From IMG/VR virus record IMGVR_UViG_3300008113_011532: DNA of 64,000 nt, one strand, 5' to 3'. This DNA comes from an uncultured virus (IMG/VR IMGVR_UViG_3300008113_011532) (Duplodnaviria > Heunggongvirae > Uroviricota > Caudoviricetes). The position numbers were made by a program, and so were the translations under genes. A model generated the notes under the pieces. The model saw only the letters and a list, made by a program, of their open reading frames with translations, had not been told where the DNA came from and searched no databases. This document shows, piece by piece, positions 38,593 through 48,892 of the stretch; position 1 is the stretch's first letter, and each line of letters begins with the position of its first letter.

Positions 38593-38868
38593 ATGACTAT
38601 GGAAAACAGGATAATAGTAAACGAGCTACTCTTCACCGAGATTTGCAAAAAAGGTTTTTTATCGACCAGAGACGCACTTGGCAACATAGACGTACACTTC
38701 AGCAAGCAAGACATAAAGGACCTCTGTGCAGGAAAGATATTGGAGAAGGAGCAGTTCGAACCCAAGACTCTCTTCGCACTGGCCAACATCGGCGTTGAGA
38801 TGATGAACATACTCAAAAGGTCGCCGATATACTACGGCCTCTACGAGGAGCTAAACACACCGTCGTGA
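38593..38868 (+). CDS. Hypothetical protein
   Basis: ORF behind a TATATA motif. Confidence 0.55.
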   Translation: MTMENRIIVNELLFTEICKKGFLSTRDALGNIDVHFSKQDIKDLCAGKILEKEQFEPKTLFALANIGVEMMNILKRSPIYYGLYEELNTPS

Positions 38869-39797
38869 ACTGGTCAACAAAACTGATTGGGGACTGGCTC
38901 GAGGATCCGAAGGCGGTCGAGCGCGACATGAAGGTGCTCTACCTGCTCGAGGACGGAGAGAAGCAGATGGTCGAGCCGTACACAAACGTGGAGATGTTCG
39001 GCGAAGCCTACAGGCTCAGGAACCAGCAAGTCGTGCTGAGCCACACCGACGAGGAGCTGCAGGACATCATAAGGAAGAAGACGATGCCCGAGGCTTTGGA
39101 AGGTATACTGAAGGAACCACGTGACTACCAGCACGAGATTCTGAGCGCAATACAGTCGCACAAACTAACAATGTTCACCTGCGCCAGGCAGATCGGCACC
39201 ACGTCCACACTCGCAACATACGTCGCACACTACGTGGCGACCAACTGGGAAAAGAGCATAGGCTTCGTCACGAAGGACGTCTACGCCGCGACCAGGAACA
39301 TACTCAAGGCAATAGAGCTCTGCCCTTACCACAGGCAAAGCGGCGTGACCGAGGTGGATGAAGTCGAAGGCAACGACGTCCACAGTGACGCGGTGATCTT
39401 AAGGTTCGACAACGGCTGCACGGTAAGGGTCTTCGACATGGAAAAGCTGCTGGTCAGCCCGGACCTGCTCATCGTAGACGGCGTCCAGTTCTACGGCACC
39501 GATCTCTTCTGGGGAATATGGCCAGGGCTAATATCGAGGAACTGCAAGTTGGTACTCGCCGGCCTTCCAGACAGAGACGGTAAGTTCGAGCAGGTGACTA
39601 AGTCGATTGAGGACTTCAAGAAGACGAACCCCGCGTCGGTGCACGTAGCCGCCTACGACTGGAAATGCCACTGGTTCGAGTTCACGAACGAAATAAAAAG
39701 CATGATCACCACCGAGGAGTGGCTGATGGAGTACGAGCTGCTGACGCCCGGGACACAGAAGTGGCGCGATAAGATGTTAGAGACGATACTTAGATGA
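38865..39797 (+). CDS. Degenerate terminase-large-subunit-like ATPase domain
   Basis: RDYQ and ARQIGTT (cf. RQxGKT); no nuclease domain. Confidence 0.55.
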   Translation: MNWSTKLIGDWLEDPKAVERDMKVLYLLEDGEKQMVEPYTNVEMFGEAYRLRNQQVVLSHTDEELQDIIRKKTMPEALEGILKEPRDYQHEILSAIQSHKLTMFTCARQIGTTSTLATYVAHYVATNWEKSIGFVTKDVYAATRNILKAIELCPYHRQSGVTEVDEVEGNDVHSDAVILRFDNGCTVRVFDMEKLLVSPDLLIVDGVQFYGTDLFWGIWPGLISRNCKLVLAGLPDRDGKFEQVTKSIEDFKKTNPASVHVAAYDWKCHWFEFTNEIKSMITTEEWLMEYELLTPGTQKWRDKMLETILR

Positions 39798-40332
39798 CCA
39801 TATGTAGCGTCATGCTGTAGCCGTCCGAAGTTGTCCAATCGGTCTCGTCTATGTAGTAAGCGCCACCAAAGTACTGCCTGAACCTCTCGCCGTACATGCG
39901 GCTGAACTCGGCGACCTGCTCGTCGTGGTCCTCGTCAAGGCCGGTCACTCTTACCTCAATCATCGGAATAAAGCTCTCGCTCGGGCCTGAAGCCTTCAAA
40001 CGCTCGATGTACTCCTCAGAGGACTGCGGCCGCAGCCCAGGCAGAGCATAGAAAGGCTGTTCATAAACATCGTCGACGCGCAACCTTTCGCGGTCCTGCA
40101 CGAAACACGCACGGAAATGCCTGCTTCCGAACGACGGAAGGCCGGGCGCTCGCTTGACCTCTACGGTCTCCAGTACCGCGTAGAATATCTCGTATCCGGC
40201 TATGACGTCGAGGCCGGTCTCCTCAAGGCACGAAAGAACCAGACGAATGTTGTCCTCAGGGTCTATCCCCCATAGGTCCTTCACCGTCTGCCCGTCGGAG
40301 AAGCTCTCGAAAATCTTCAAATATCTCATCAA
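39790..40332 (-). CDS. Hypothetical protein (MRYLKIFESF motif)
   Basis: ORF behind a TATATA motif. Confidence 0.6.
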   Translation of the reverse strand: MMRYLKIFESFSDGQTVKDLWGIDPEDNIRLVLSCLEETGLDVIAGYEIFYAVLETVEVKRAPGLPSFGSRHFRACFVQDRERLRVDDVYEQPFYALPGLRPQSSEEYIERLKASGPSESFIPMIEVRVTGLDEDHDEQVAEFSRMYGERFRQYFGGAYYIDETDWTTSDGYSMTLHMVI

Positions 40333-40361
40333 CTATATATAAAAATCCGTATATTAGTACC

Positions 40362-41171
40362 ATGAAATACACAAGGAAAAAGTACCCTGACGGCGGAATA
40401 TACGCCGAGGTGCACGACTTCAACAGCCCAAAGATAGTTGAGAGGATTAACTCCTACGAGGACCTCTTCTTCATAAAGTCAATCAAGGACGTCTGCGACT
40501 ACAACAACGTCACGGACGTCGAGCTTTTCATACCGTGCATGTTCCAGCAGCAGCACGACCGCAGGTTCCACGACAACGAGTCGTTCGAGCTCAAACTGGT
40601 CGCGGACTTCATCAACTCGTGCAACTTCAGCAAGGTCACGATCTTCCACCCGCACTCCGACTCAACGGGTATGGGCGTAAGAAACGCCAGGCTGATCGAC
40701 AACAGCGCGTTCATAACGAAGGTGCTCGAGGACCTAGGCCAAGAGCCGGTGATACTCTCCACCGACGCCGGATCCTTCAAGTGGATCAACAAACTGGCAG
40801 ACAAGATAAAGTTCGAGGGCGAGGTCTACTCAGCAAGCAAGTCACGTGACCTGGTCACACACAAGCTGACGCAGGTGATCGAGAACGAGGACTTCGAGGG
40901 CAAGGACATCCTTGTAATCGACGACCTTTGCGTCTTCGGTGGAACCTTCATCGGCCTGGCTAAGCTACTGAAGGAAAGAAACGCGGGCAAGCTCTACCTG
41001 GCAGTTTCGCATATGACCGTGCAGAACCCGAACCCGGAGCTGGAGCAGCACTACGAAAGGATATTCACGACCAACTCAAAGTTTGGGTACTACGAGCTCA
41101 ACAACCTTACCACATACGACCTGGTTTACCTATTAGAGGGAACGGTCTTCAACAAACCACAGACAGCATAA
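40362..41171 (+). CDS. Ribose-phosphate pyrophosphokinase-like protein (candidate ADPR-PP synthetase)
   Basis: KYPDG, QQHDRR, HPHS and LVIDDLCVFGGTF (PRPP-binding loop) motifs. Confidence 0.85.
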   Translation: MKYTRKKYPDGGIYAEVHDFNSPKIVERINSYEDLFFIKSIKDVCDYNNVTDVELFIPCMFQQQHDRRFHDNESFELKLVADFINSCNFSKVTIFHPHSDSTGMGVRNARLIDNSAFITKVLEDLGQEPVILSTDAGSFKWINKLADKIKFEGEVYSASKSRDLVTHKLTQVIENEDFEGKDILVIDDLCVFGGTFIGLAKLLKERNAGKLYLAVSHMTVQNPNPELEQHYERIFTTNSKFGYYELNNLTTYDLVYLLEGTVFNKPQTA

Positions 41172-41590
41172 TGGAATACGGAGTCATATACACGAAGATT
41201 TGCCCGAAGGACGGTGTGCCGGGAGCATGGATAAAGTACTGTCACTTCCTATCGGAGACGCCGAAGTCATTCCAGGACGGCGTCGCGTTAATCGCGACGG
41301 ACATAAACTCTAAGTTCGCGGACGACATAGTAATACCGATGGACGAGGACGTGCACCCTGGCTGCACCACCAAGCCGGAGGCGGTAAGGCAGGTCGCGGA
41401 GGAGATGCACAGAAGGTACTCCGAGCTCTGCGAGATGCAGGGAATACCGAACTCCGTAAGGACGGCGTTCACAACCGGAGAGATAGAGAACGTGAACAAG
41501 CCGTCGACACACGAGCTTGTAAGCCAGACTATGGTAAAACTAGGACATTTCCTCGACGAGTCTGACGAGCCAGGAATATACGAAGTATGA
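41171..41590 (+). CDS. Hypothetical protein
   Basis: Translationally coupled ORF. Confidence 0.55.
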   Translation: MEYGVIYTKICPKDGVPGAWIKYCHFLSETPKSFQDGVALIATDINSKFADDIVIPMDEDVHPGCTTKPEAVRQVAEEMHRRYSELCEMQGIPNSVRTAFTTGEIENVNKPSTHELVSQTMVKLGHFLDESDEPGIYEV

Positions 41591-41778
41591 GAAAAGCAAT
41601 GAACATATTAGGCACAATACTGAGAATACTCGGGATGTTATTCACAATTCCTTCTTTTCTCCTTTCACTACCGGGAATGTTACTAATATTGATAGGCGAG
41701 GCAATCGAGGAAGAGTCAGTCGAAAACGAGAAGCTCGCCAGAGGAATAGAGGAAGAACACAACAACAGACAGATATGA
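41587..41778 (+). CDS. Small membrane protein
   Basis: Hydrophobic 63 aa ORF with overlapping start and stop. Confidence 0.55.
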   Translation: MRKAMNILGTILRILGMLFTIPSFLLSLPGMLLILIGEAIEEESVENEKLARGIEEEHNNRQI

Positions 41779-42206
41779 ACAAGGAAAACCCAGCAATCAG
41801 GTACGTAGACCGCCTCGAGTCCGAGTGGGACCAGCACGGCAAGATCATCATCGGCGTCGACTACGACGACACAATCTCACCATGGCGCGAGCACGACTTC
41901 AACTTCGACTCGGTGATAAAGACACTGAAGGTCGCGAAGGAGACCGGAGCCTACATCGTCATATTCACGTCGTGCCACGAGGACAGGTATTCAGAGATTA
42001 CGACGTACTGCCATTCAAAAGGCCTCGAAATCGACAGGATAAACGAGACACCAATACAGCTCGAGTACGGCAACACGACAAAGATATACGCGAACATATT
42101 CATCGACGACCGCGCCGGCCTTCACGAGGCACTCGACATACTCGAGACCGCGATGTACAGAATAAGGGGCAAGCGCGCCAGCAAATACAACGACTCATGG
42201 AGATAA
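41775..42206 (+). CDS. HAD-superfamily phosphatase-like protein
   Basis: GVDYDDT, IFTSC and KIYANIFIDDR motifs. Confidence 0.75.
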   Translation: MNKENPAIRYVDRLESEWDQHGKIIIGVDYDDTISPWREHDFNFDSVIKTLKVAKETGAYIVIFTSCHEDRYSEITTYCHSKGLEIDRINETPIQLEYGNTTKIYANIFIDDRAGLHEALDILETAMYRIRGKRASKYNDSWR

Positions 42207-42853
42207 AGACAATACTTGCGGCACTGATAATATCTTTGCCGTTTTTCGGCCTCGCCCAGACCGACACGACCAAGACCGAAGAGGACACCGTGGACTACGA
42301 GTTTGTGGACTACACGGAGTACTACCACGTGACCAAAAACTCTGTAGACGCCTACCCGGAGGACGGCACGTTCGAGGATGACGTGCTCGACACGATTGCC
42401 TTCCACATCAGGACAGGAAGCCTAATCACTACCAACAAGGACGTCAACCTCAACGTAGCAATACTCGCCAGGGAATGGAGGCAGAAAGAGCTCAGAAAAA
42501 TCGGAAGCGCGGACACCATAGGAATGCCAATCAGCGACGACATAAACAACACAAGATCCATCAACTCGCTGTTCGACTTCAGATACCCGGCGTACGAGTA
42601 CATCGGCAAGCCCTTCGTTTTGCACATATTCGACCAGACAGAGAGCTGCGAGTGCTCGAAGTCAATATTCCAGGAAATAACAGGGAATAAGTACATAACT
42701 GAGGCACTGGCAGATCCGAGGCTGAAATGGATGACGTTCAGCTACTTCCAACACACCACAGAGCACGGCTTCGACGAGGAGTTCATCTTCGTCAGGTGGA
42801 AGAGGAAATGGGGCCTGCTCACCAGAGAGTATATGATTATATTAGGAGATTAA
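42197..42853 (+). CDS. Secreted hypothetical protein
   Basis: Signal peptide MEIKTILAALIISLPFFGLA. Confidence 0.6.
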   Translation: MEIKTILAALIISLPFFGLAQTDTTKTEEDTVDYEFVDYTEYYHVTKNSVDAYPEDGTFEDDVLDTIAFHIRTGSLITTNKDVNLNVAILAREWRQKELRKIGSADTIGMPISDDINNTRSINSLFDFRYPAYEYIGKPFVLHIFDQTESCECSKSIFQEITGNKYITEALADPRLKWMTFSYFQHTTEHGFDEEFIFVRWKRKWGLLTREYMIILGD

Positions 42854-42876
42854 CAACAAAAATAAAACCAAACAAA

Positions 42877-44409
42877 ATGTTTAGACCAACATCACTTTAC
42901 TACACAGACGGATACAAAATCGGGCACAAGGCGATGCTCGCGGACGGAACTGACTTCCTATACGGAACCTGGATCCCGCGCTCGACAAAACACGCACCTA
43001 AGGGCATCAGCAAGATTGTGTCGTTCGGGCAGCAACTGACGTGGCGATGGATCCACGACGAGTTCACGGAGAACTTCTTCAACCAACCAATCGAGAAGGC
43101 AGAGAAGTTCGTGAAGGACATGATCAACTACCTCGGAATGGACTACAACGGAGACCACTTCATCGAGCTACACAAGCTAGGCTACCTACCTGTAAGGGTG
43201 AAGGCACTCCCTGAGGGAATCGAGACCAGGCCGAACGTACCACACATGACGTTCATCAACACAAAGAAAGGTTACGCTTGGCTCACTCTTTTCTTAGAGA
43301 CAATCGTTTCATCATTGGCGTGGAAACCTGCGACATCCGCGACCATCGCGCTCAAATACAACAGAAACCTGTACGAGTGGGTACTGAAGACAGACCCTGC
43401 CAACGCTTGGCTTATCCCATTCCTGGCACACGACTTCTCTGCACGCGGAATCGATCCCTGGACTATGGTTTCTTCCGGACTTGGTCACGCGACTTCGTTC
43501 AGAGGATCGGACACACTCGTGGTAATCGAGGCGGCAAGGTACTTCTACCTGGAGCCTGAGGACGAGGTGGCAATCAACTCGGTGAACGCTTCTGAGCACT
43601 CCGTATCAACTACGAAAATATTCACTGTTGGAGAGAAGCAGATGCTGATTGACTGGATGAACAAATTCGACAAAGGCATCTTATCGGTGGTAATGGACAC
43701 GTTCGACATCACCAAGGTCGCCAAGCCAGGCGAGGACGGATACTGCTTCGATTTGAAGGACCAAATCATGGGACGCGACGGTAAGCTCGTAATCAGACCT
43801 GACTCAGGAGACCCGGTAGAGATTATCTGCGGACACGGAAGAACAGAGCTTACGGAAAACGAGAAAAGAGCGTTCTACCCTGAGTTCTACACGAAAGGAC
43901 TCATCGAGTGCCTATGGGACATCTTCGGCGGAACTATCAACGAGCAAGGCTACAAGGTACTCGACACACACATCGGCGCAATCTACGGCGACTCCATCAC
44001 TACAGACCGCCAGGTAGAAATCTACGAGAGACTCGCCGAGAAAGGCTTCGCAGCGACTAACATCGTGCTAGGTGTTGGATCGTACACGTACCAGTACAAC
44101 ACCCGCGACACCTTCGGTTTCGCAGCGAAAGGCGCCTGGTTCGAGGCGAACGGCGTGGCGCACGACATCTACAAGGATCCAATCTCGGACGACGGAACCA
44201 AGAAGTCGCTGAAAGGGCTCATCGCGGTGCACGAAACCGAGGACGGAGACCACTCTGTCGGTGTACAGTGCAAACTGGACGAGGAGAAAGAGGGAATCCT
44301 ACAGGTAATCTACCAGGACGGCAAGTTCTACAACGAGACGTCGCTGACAGAGATCAGGGGCAAAATCGAGGCTCTCGCGAAGAGCGGAACTCAGCTGCAA
44401 CTAGCATAA
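42877..44409 (+). CDS. Nicotinamide phosphoribosyltransferase-family protein (candidate Namat)
   Basis: TDGYKIGH, HDFSARG, ASEHS, IRPDSGDP, IYGDSIT and KKSLKG motifs. Confidence 0.92.
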   Translation: MFRPTSLYYTDGYKIGHKAMLADGTDFLYGTWIPRSTKHAPKGISKIVSFGQQLTWRWIHDEFTENFFNQPIEKAEKFVKDMINYLGMDYNGDHFIELHKLGYLPVRVKALPEGIETRPNVPHMTFINTKKGYAWLTLFLETIVSSLAWKPATSATIALKYNRNLYEWVLKTDPANAWLIPFLAHDFSARGIDPWTMVSSGLGHATSFRGSDTLVVIEAARYFYLEPEDEVAINSVNASEHSVSTTKIFTVGEKQMLIDWMNKFDKGILSVVMDTFDITKVAKPGEDGYCFDLKDQIMGRDGKLVIRPDSGDPVEIICGHGRTELTENEKRAFYPEFYTKGLIECLWDIFGGTINEQGYKVLDTHIGAIYGDSITTDRQVEIYERLAEKGFAATNIVLGVGSYTYQYNTRDTFGFAAKGAWFEANGVAHDIYKDPISDDGTKKSLKGLIAVHETEDGDHSVGVQCKLDEEKEGILQVIYQDGKFYNETSLTEIRGKIEALAKSGTQLQLA

Positions 44410-44473
44410 AAAAGATGCCACCTAAGGGTGGCATTTTCATTTAAAACGATTACATTTGTAAAAACTACTCATA

Positions 44474-46267
44474 ATGGAAATGGAAGAGCAAATCGAAATG
44501 CAAGATAAAGCGCCGGTAATCGGCAAGTTCAAAACTAAAGGAAAGTTCATCAGCTTCATGTCCGCGACGCAGGGCAAGGTTAGGCTTTTCCGCGAGACCG
44601 CGTACATCGACGGAATCCAGCTGTCCGGGCTTTTCGACAAGTCGAAGTTCAAGATGACAATCTGCGACGAGGGAACCGTAGACTTCGAGGAAATCGGCAC
44701 AGAAATCGCCGACGAGGCAATGCTTAAGCGTCTTATCGCACAGATCGAGGATTACGAAGTGACAGGGTATGCACACAAGTTCGTGAAGTCAGGATTGACG
44801 TTCAAAGACGAGGACGGGCACGTTTGCTATTTAGAGGTCGAGCACCAAAAGCCAATCGACAGACTTCGCTCGCTCTTCGACGACGAGCCAGAAATCTCAG
44901 AGAAAGGGCTTAGCGCACTGGATCTTTTATTCGGCGGCGACGACGAGGACACGCTCGAACTTTCCGAAGACGACGCAGAGATTATCGCCGAGGAAATCGA
45001 GAATCCATCAGAGCCGAATGAGAAGCTGAAAACATCAGCGGAAAGCTACATCGAGGAGTCGTTCCGCAAGATGAACGAGCAAAAGGTAAACGAGCTGAAA
45101 GAACGTATCGAGAAGGCAGAGAGGGAACTGACAAAGACCAACTTCGAGCTGAAGACAGCTGAGGATAAGGCTAAGAAGACCCAAGAGGAACTGAAGGTCT
45201 TGAACACGAGACTGGAGACTATGACACCGGCAGAAGAGCCTAACGGTATAGTTTTCCAAGTGTCCGAGGAGAAGAAGCACGAGACCGGACTTGACGAGAG
45301 CACGAGACACGTTGCTGACAAAATCGCAGACTTACTGAAGCTGAACAAAGAGGCTCTTTTCACGCAGCTTACATCAGGCTTCTACGAAATCAGAATAACC
45401 GACAAGAGAGATGACTACTCGGTCGAGGACAAAGAGAAAGAGATTGAGATAAACAAGATTATAAAGGACGTGAAGTCAATCGATCCGGCAGGAAAGTTCG
45501 AGATTGCACCAGAAGATGGAGTGATTGTCATCACATACTCAGGCGAACTGAACTGGCACGAGATTACAGCTAAGCTTCTACGCAAGGGCTTCGAGCAGGA
45601 CGAGGAGTTCGACAAGTTCGTGAACTCGAACTCGTACACCAGCAAGTTCACCGAGAGAGGCGAGGAGACTGAAGACGAGGATGACGACATCGAGAACCTT
45701 TTAGGATACCCTAAATCGTTATTGTCACCGGATGACGAGGATGACGAGGACGAAGAAAGAACACCAGGCGCGGACTACCACACGAAGGAATTGATGAACT
45801 TCGACGAGCCGACCGACCTAGTAATCTGGACAGAGCCGTCAATCGGAGACTACGGAGACGCGGACATCACGCTGACCGACGACTACGCGACGCTCGGACT
45901 GAGAATAAAAGGAAACTACGTGCTCGACATGGAGACCGCAGGCTTCGCGTCAATCACGACATTCGAGAAGTACAAGAAGTTCCTAGACGAGGAAGGTGAA
46001 GAAGGCAGATTCGGACTCGAGGCGACAGACGCGGTGCTGATACCCGACTTCAAAGGATCAATCAGCGTCGGCGTCGAGCTAGACAAAGGAGGCTACGCGA
46101 TCGAGTTCGACACAAACGAGGAACTGATGTACATCTCAGAGGGATCCGGCGCACCTTTCCTGGACTTTCCGGAGGGCACCGAGATGGTCTTCATCGAGGA
46201 CCACGACCTGAACAACCTGAAAGGCTTCGTGAGAGACAAGAAGTTGCAGGAGCTCGGAATAAAATAG
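44474..46267 (+). CDS. Large acidic coiled-coil hypothetical protein
   Basis: 597 aa; C-terminal RDKKLQELGI motif. Confidence 0.65.
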   Translation: MEMEEQIEMQDKAPVIGKFKTKGKFISFMSATQGKVRLFRETAYIDGIQLSGLFDKSKFKMTICDEGTVDFEEIGTEIADEAMLKRLIAQIEDYEVTGYAHKFVKSGLTFKDEDGHVCYLEVEHQKPIDRLRSLFDDEPEISEKGLSALDLLFGGDDEDTLELSEDDAEIIAEEIENPSEPNEKLKTSAESYIEESFRKMNEQKVNELKERIEKAERELTKTNFELKTAEDKAKKTQEELKVLNTRLETMTPAEEPNGIVFQVSEEKKHETGLDESTRHVADKIADLLKLNKEALFTQLTSGFYEIRITDKRDDYSVEDKEKEIEINKIIKDVKSIDPAGKFEIAPEDGVIVITYSGELNWHEITAKLLRKGFEQDEEFDKFVNSNSYTSKFTERGEETEDEDDDIENLLGYPKSLLSPDDEDDEDEERTPGADYHTKELMNFDEPTDLVIWTEPSIGDYGDADITLTDDYATLGLRIKGNYVLDMETAGFASITTFEKYKKFLDEEGEEGRFGLEATDAVLIPDFKGSISVGVELDKGGYAIEFDTNEELMYISEGSGAPFLDFPEGTEMVFIEDHDLNNLKGFVRDKKLQELGIK

Positions 46268-46334
46268 CAGAAAGGCGGAAACATTTCCGCCTTTCTTCAA
46301 TTAATGTTTTAAAATATATACCTATATTAGTCTT

Positions 46335-46853
46335 ATGAAGGCACTATACATACACGGATTCCAATCCTCGCCACTACCAGTGAAGGTAAAGGCACTCGAA
46401 GAGATCTTCGGTGAGACAATCGCACCGCACATCGACTGGGAGGACGAAACGAGAAGGCAAGGACTTTTCCAGGAGCTGGACAACGTGATCAAAACCGAGG
46501 GCGTGACGCACGTAATCGGATCATCTATGGGAGGACAGATGGCCTTCTACCTCGCGACGAGGAACAACCTGGACGCACTGTGCTTCAATCCGGCATTCGG
46601 CGTCGGATACGACGACTTCGGCTACGAGCTCAACAAAGACTTCGACTCAAACATACTCATAGTGCTCGGCAAGAACGACGACGTGGTGGATCCAGAGAGA
46701 TCACACGAGTTCCTGCGAAGCAACGGCATCTACAACAAGGTCCAGCTGGCGATAGAGGACATCGGCCACCAAATATCGCTTCCGGTATTCATAAAACACT
46801 CTATGTTCACGAAGAAGTGGACATTGGCGGAACAAAAAAACAAAAGCATATGA
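46335..46853 (+). CDS. YqiA-like alpha/beta hydrolase (esterase)
   Basis: HGFQSS, GSSMGG, NPA, DDVV and GH motifs. Confidence 0.85.
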   Translation: MKALYIHGFQSSPLPVKVKALEEIFGETIAPHIDWEDETRRQGLFQELDNVIKTEGVTHVIGSSMGGQMAFYLATRNNLDALCFNPAFGVGYDDFGYELNKDFDSNILIVLGKNDDVVDPERSHEFLRSNGIYNKVQLAIEDIGHQISLPVFIKHSMFTKKWTLAEQKNKSI

Positions 46854-47152
46854 TAGACTGGTATTCCTACAAGCCCGGCCAGGCGCTGGAACTTAAGATC
46901 GCAGAGGACGGTAAAGTCTACACGCTCGGCACCGTAATCGAGGACTACGAGTGGTCGCACCACCGGAAGCCATACCTGGCAATCATAACACTGACGGAGA
47001 ACTCCGAGGACGGCAAGTGGTGCAAAGGCGACAAGATAAAGCTGCCGCTTATCTGGGACGACAAGGAGGAGCACGCGGTACTGGTCTGCCAGCACTGCCA
47101 GGACAACTCAATAAGGGAAATAGCTAGAAACACAATAATCTCACTAAACTGA
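46850..47152 (+). CDS. Hypothetical protein
   Basis: Coupled ORF starting MIDWYSY. Confidence 0.5.
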   Translation: MIDWYSYKPGQALELKIAEDGKVYTLGTVIEDYEWSHHRKPYLAIITLTENSEDGKWCKGDKIKLPLIWDDKEEHAVLVCQHCQDNSIREIARNTIISLN

Positions 47153-47158
47153 AACAAT

Positions 47159-47416
47159 ATGTTCGAAAGGATGATGGAAGACTGGATGAAATTCCAGCAA
47201 AAGATGATGCCCGACATGCCACAGGCATTCAAAAACGTGAAAGACGCAGCCGACGCGTTCAAGTCGATGCCCAACCCAATGGCAGACGCCGAGAAGTGGG
47301 CCAAGTTCATGGAGAACTCAATCAAGTTCCAGAGGGCGTACGTGGTGCAGCAGCAGGCGATGCTAGAGATGATGGAGGCTATGACCGAGAACGCTAAGAT
47401 ACTCTCAAACAAATAA
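47159..47416 (+). CDS. Met-rich small helical protein
   Basis: 85 aa ORF. Confidence 0.55.
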   Translation: MFERMMEDWMKFQQKMMPDMPQAFKNVKDAADAFKSMPNPMADAEKWAKFMENSIKFQRAYVVQQQAMLEMMEAMTENAKILSNK

Positions 47417-47420
47417 GACC

Positions 47421-47792
47421 ATGAAGACACTACTAACGGCGATTGCAACGACAATCTGCCTTGCAGCGCTATGCCAGCAAGCAACACCTAAGGACTACGA
47501 GGTGAGGTACTACGAGCACCACAATCCGAAATGGATGCAGACGACACCAGGCACGCAGATACGCAAGGCATCAATCAGCACCATAACCGGCACAATCGTA
47601 TCGATGATGGGCACCTACCTTTATACTAAATCGGTCGGTGATACTGACATTCCAGAGGTGATGCCCAAGATAGGCATCGCTGGCATCTGCATCGGAGCCC
47701 TACTGGCACTGAAAGGACAGGTTCACGTATACCGTGCCGGAATACTTCTCGACTCGAGAGGAATAGGCGTAACAATACCAATAGGCAAATAA
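47421..47792 (+). CDS. Membrane/secreted hypothetical protein
   Basis: Signal peptide plus hydrophobic segments. Confidence 0.55.
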   Translation: MKTLLTAIATTICLAALCQQATPKDYEVRYYEHHNPKWMQTTPGTQIRKASISTITGTIVSMMGTYLYTKSVGDTDIPEVMPKIGIAGICIGALLALKGQVHVYRAGILLDSRGIGVTIPIGK

Positions 47793-47793
47793 C

Positions 47794-48213
47794 ATGACAA
47801 AGGCAGTATTCTTCGTAGACGGATTTCCGGAGGTTTCCCTGGATTTCGAAAGCACAGAGGCGGCGTTCGACCTCGTGCACACAAACTCATTCGGGCTTAC
47901 CAAAAGGGACTGCGTCGCCCTGTTCAACCAGCACAACGGATTCCTGAGCGCCACTTTTCACACGCCTGCCAAGCTGAAGAACGCGCTAGTAAAGGCAGGC
48001 CTCGACGAGGCGGCGTTCCACCACCAAAGCTACCCGAAGAGGAAATGGATCTTCGCGAACGAGGCGATGATCCTGATACACGGCGAGAAGGCGCCGGACA
48101 TGGACGAGTTCGACGACGAGCTCGTAGGCGAGTCGACTGCGATGGTCGAAAGGGTGTTCGCCTACAGGACCAAACTCACCAGGGAAATAAAAATCGACGA
48201 GCTTGGCATCTGA
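47794..48213 (+). CDS. Hypothetical protein
   Basis: C-terminal REIKIDELGI motif. Confidence 0.55.
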   Translation: MTKAVFFVDGFPEVSLDFESTEAAFDLVHTNSFGLTKRDCVALFNQHNGFLSATFHTPAKLKNALVKAGLDEAAFHHQSYPKRKWIFANEAMILIHGEKAPDMDEFDDELVGESTAMVERVFAYRTKLTREIKIDELGI

Positions 48214-48327
48214 ACCGAATTTTGCATTATATTTGTAAAAAAAGGAAGAAGCCATGACACTTACACAGATTGAAACAACAGCACTAGCGTACGAAGCACA
48301 ATACTACTCACGCAAATTCAACTAACA

Positions 48328-48891
48328 TTGAAGACGATACTCATACTGGCGTCCGGCAACGGGACCAACGCGAGAAACATAATAAGCCACTTCACTGAAA
48401 ACCAAGAGGTTGGCATCATCGGCGTGATTTCGAGCAGCGAGAACGCAGGCGTGGTCGAGGTAGCCAGGTCTCTCAACACCAAATGCCTCGTAGTCGACAA
48501 GGAAGAGCTGAACTCCGGAAGGTTCGTCAGCTTCCTAAGGAAAGCCAACCCAACGCTTATCGTGCTGGCGGGCTTCCTGCTGATGGTCCCGAAGGAGATA
48601 ACCGAGATGTTCCGGGTCGTGAACATACACCCGTCGCTTCTACCGAGACACGGAGGAAAGGGAATGCACGGGATGAACGTACACAGGGCAGTAATCGAGG
48701 CAGGAGACGAGGAGAGCGGCATAACGATACACTGGGCCGACGCGGAGTACGACAGAGGCGAGATAATCGAGCAGCACCGCTGTAAGGTACTGCCAGGCGA
48801 CACGCCGGAGACGCTGTGCCAGAGGGTCCGACAGCTCGAGAGCGCATACCCGGAGGCGATTGAACGAATACTCACACTAGACATAGACTGA
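48328..48891 (+). CDS. purN: Phosphoribosylglycinamide formyltransferase
   Basis: ASGNGTN, LAGF, NIHPSLLP, SGITIH and YDRG motifs; TTG start. Confidence 0.9.
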   Translation: MKTILILASGNGTNARNIISHFTENQEVGIIGVISSSENAGVVEVARSLNTKCLVVDKEELNSGRFVSFLRKANPTLIVLAGFLLMVPKEITEMFRVVNIHPSLLPRHGGKGMHGMNVHRAVIEAGDEESGITIHWADAEYDRGEIIEQHRCKVLPGDTPETLCQRVRQLESAYPEAIERILTLDID

Positions 48892-48892
48892 C

